Assembly: GCF_018350175.1 (NCBI RefSeq)
Contig: NC_058383.1
Coordinates: 23,748,001 to 23,812,000 of the forward strand
From: Felis catus
Lineage: Eukaryota
Reading direction: 5' to 3'
DNA length: 64,000 nt
Shown here: one piece after another, positions 62,157 to 64,000 of the stretch
Numbering within the stretch: position 1 is the stretch's first letter
How the letters are laid out: each line of letters starts with the position of its first letter
Position numbers and translations under genes: made by a program
The notes under the pieces: model-generated
Seen by the model: the letters and a program-made list of their open reading frames with translations, nothing else
What the model was told of the DNA's origin: nothing
The model's database searches: none

Positions 62157-63515
62157 CTGAAAGACACCACACAGAGGGTTATCAGTCCCCATGCCCCACC
62201 CAAAAGCAATCCTGAGTCAGGAAGAGATTTTCCCCTTGGACATCACCCACCAAATGAATGCCTGGACCTCATCTCAATCCTAAAATCCCTGGGCCCTCCC
62301 TCCTTCACCCCAGCACTAACGCCCGACTGAACTTTCAGCCTGGAGGCTTCGGGGGTGACAAGGCCACCCTCCTCCTACCCTCAATGAGGGGAAGAACCCC
62401 CAGGGGGTGAAGACGTTATGCGGGAGACAATGCACGTTAAAGAATTTTTTGCAGCCCTGCTTTTCCGTTTTCTGTACCAGGAAAAGAGTGGAAACAACCT
62501 AAATGTCCATTAACAGTGTGATGGATAAACCCATCAGGTCTACCCTACTTGGTGGAATACTACCGGCGACGAGAATGAATATATTCTATTGTTCTCTTCT
62601 ATTCTATGAAACATAGAGCTGGCCAAAACGTGTACGAACATCACAGATGCAATGCTGAGCAGAAGGAGCCACACTCAAAAGAATACACCCTGCGTGGCTC
62701 CATTTATAGGAAATACACAAATACGTGAAACGAATCCAGGGAGATAGGTTCGGGATTGGTGCTCACTGTTGGGGTAAAGGAGTAGTGACTGGGGTGCAGG
62801 TGGGCTTCAGGGGCTGCTCGTTATGTGCTGTGTTGACTTTGTGAAACTCATCAAGCCATACCCTTTCCTGAGTGTGTAATAGTCTAAAAACAGTTTTGCA
62901 AAACCATCCTCCCCCTGACAATGGAGGAAGTGCTCTATTTTCTAGTCTATTCCTTTTTTTTTTTTTACCCCCCCCCCAAAGGATGATTGCAAGCCACTTT
63001 TTACAGCTTAGGTTTAGGTGGTGGCCTGTAATTTCTGAAAACTGACATACACATCTACAGTCAACTGATTTTCGACAAGAGTGCCAAGGATCGTCTTTTG
63101 ATATATGATCAATATATAAAATGTCCAGAATAGGCTAATTCTACAGCGATGAGAGAAGATTAGTGGTTGCCCAGGGCTGGGGGAGCTGAAGAGATGGGGG
63201 GCTGGCTGCTGTTGGGTAAGCACAGGGTTTCTTTTAGAGATGGTGAAATGTTCTGGAATCGTGGTGATGGCTGGATAACTCTGTGACTACATTATATAAA
63301 CCACTGAACCATACACTTTAAAGTGGGTATGCAGCATAGTGTGTGAATTCTATCTCAATAAAACTGTTATAAAAAATGAAATAAGTACACAACAATATAA
63401 AGAATGCCCCGAAGTAAAAACAATAGTGAGTGTAAAGGGGAGGGAACAGGGACAGAAGTCCACTCACGAAGAATCCCCACTCAGCCCTGTCGTCACTGGG
63501 ATGGGGACAGCTCAC

Positions 63516-63576
63516 CTGAGATGCCATCTTGATCAGAACTTCATCTTGTAGCCACTCCCCAGTGACAGCATTGTAC
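63516..63576 (-). CDS. EEF2K: EEF2K exon 4 (YNAVTGEWLQDEVLIKMASQ)
   Basis: CTCTCTGCAG acceptor, GTGAGC donor, 61 nt. Confidence 0.94.
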
Positions 63577-64000
63577 CTGCAGAGAGAGCCACCCCAGGGC
63601 ACAGCGTCTGTCACGTGATCCTATTACTGGTCTTGGGATCAAGACCACTTAACCCATAGGCCCAGCTGACCTCCTAGGTCGGGTCTGTGGACGCCCTCCC
63701 TTTGGCCTCCCTGTGGCCTCCTTCCCTTTTCTCTCCAATGTGTTGCTGGGCACTTTTTGTGCTGTGGGTGGGCTCGTTCCCCATCTGGCTCCCCTGCTGG
63801 ACTGTAACTCCCCAAAGGCAGGTCCATGTCCATTTTCTTTACTGCAGGGCCTGGTGCAGGTGGAGCCTTAATAAATGCATGTTGGATGAACTGACAGAAA
63901 AAATAAATATCCTTGTTTTAGCCTGTCTACACAACAAATGGCGTGTTCCAGGACAGGAAGTGCCCTTGATCTTGACGACACCTGTGTGAGGCTCAGCCAG

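Overview
Mammalian genomic DNA, almost certainly felid (about 50 CAN-SINE/SINEC_Fc-type elements and a carnivore L1). Two multi-exon genes lie head-to-tail on the minus strand. EEF2K (eEF2 alpha-kinase) contributes its last 15 coding exons (63576 to stop at 37943) and a probable ~3 kb 3'UTR. POLR3E (RNA Pol III subunit RPC5) has its CpG-island promoter and non-coding exon 1 at ~23.8-23.9 kb, then 12 coding exons (17527 to 1334), and continues off the left edge. I rebuilt all exons by hand from GT-AG boundaries with consistent phase; exon numbering follows my recollection of the human genes. The most notable structure is the POLR3E promoter, which sits between two convergent Pol III units: a tRNA-Leu(AAG) gene ~200 bp upstream, and an antisense MIR with intact A box, B box and T4 terminator in intron 1. 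As I recall, this Pol III interference arrangement is described in mouse and human, so it is conserved here rather than new. Other observations: a uORF in POLR3E exon 1, a recursive-splice-type exon, a NAGNAG acceptor, competing poison acceptors in EEF2K, a nested L1/SINE stack, young SINEs with perfect TSDs, and a ~490 bp pyrimidine tract. No CRISPR or prokaryotic-type systems are present. Repeat family names come from memory of consensus sequences and were not checked with RepeatMasker.
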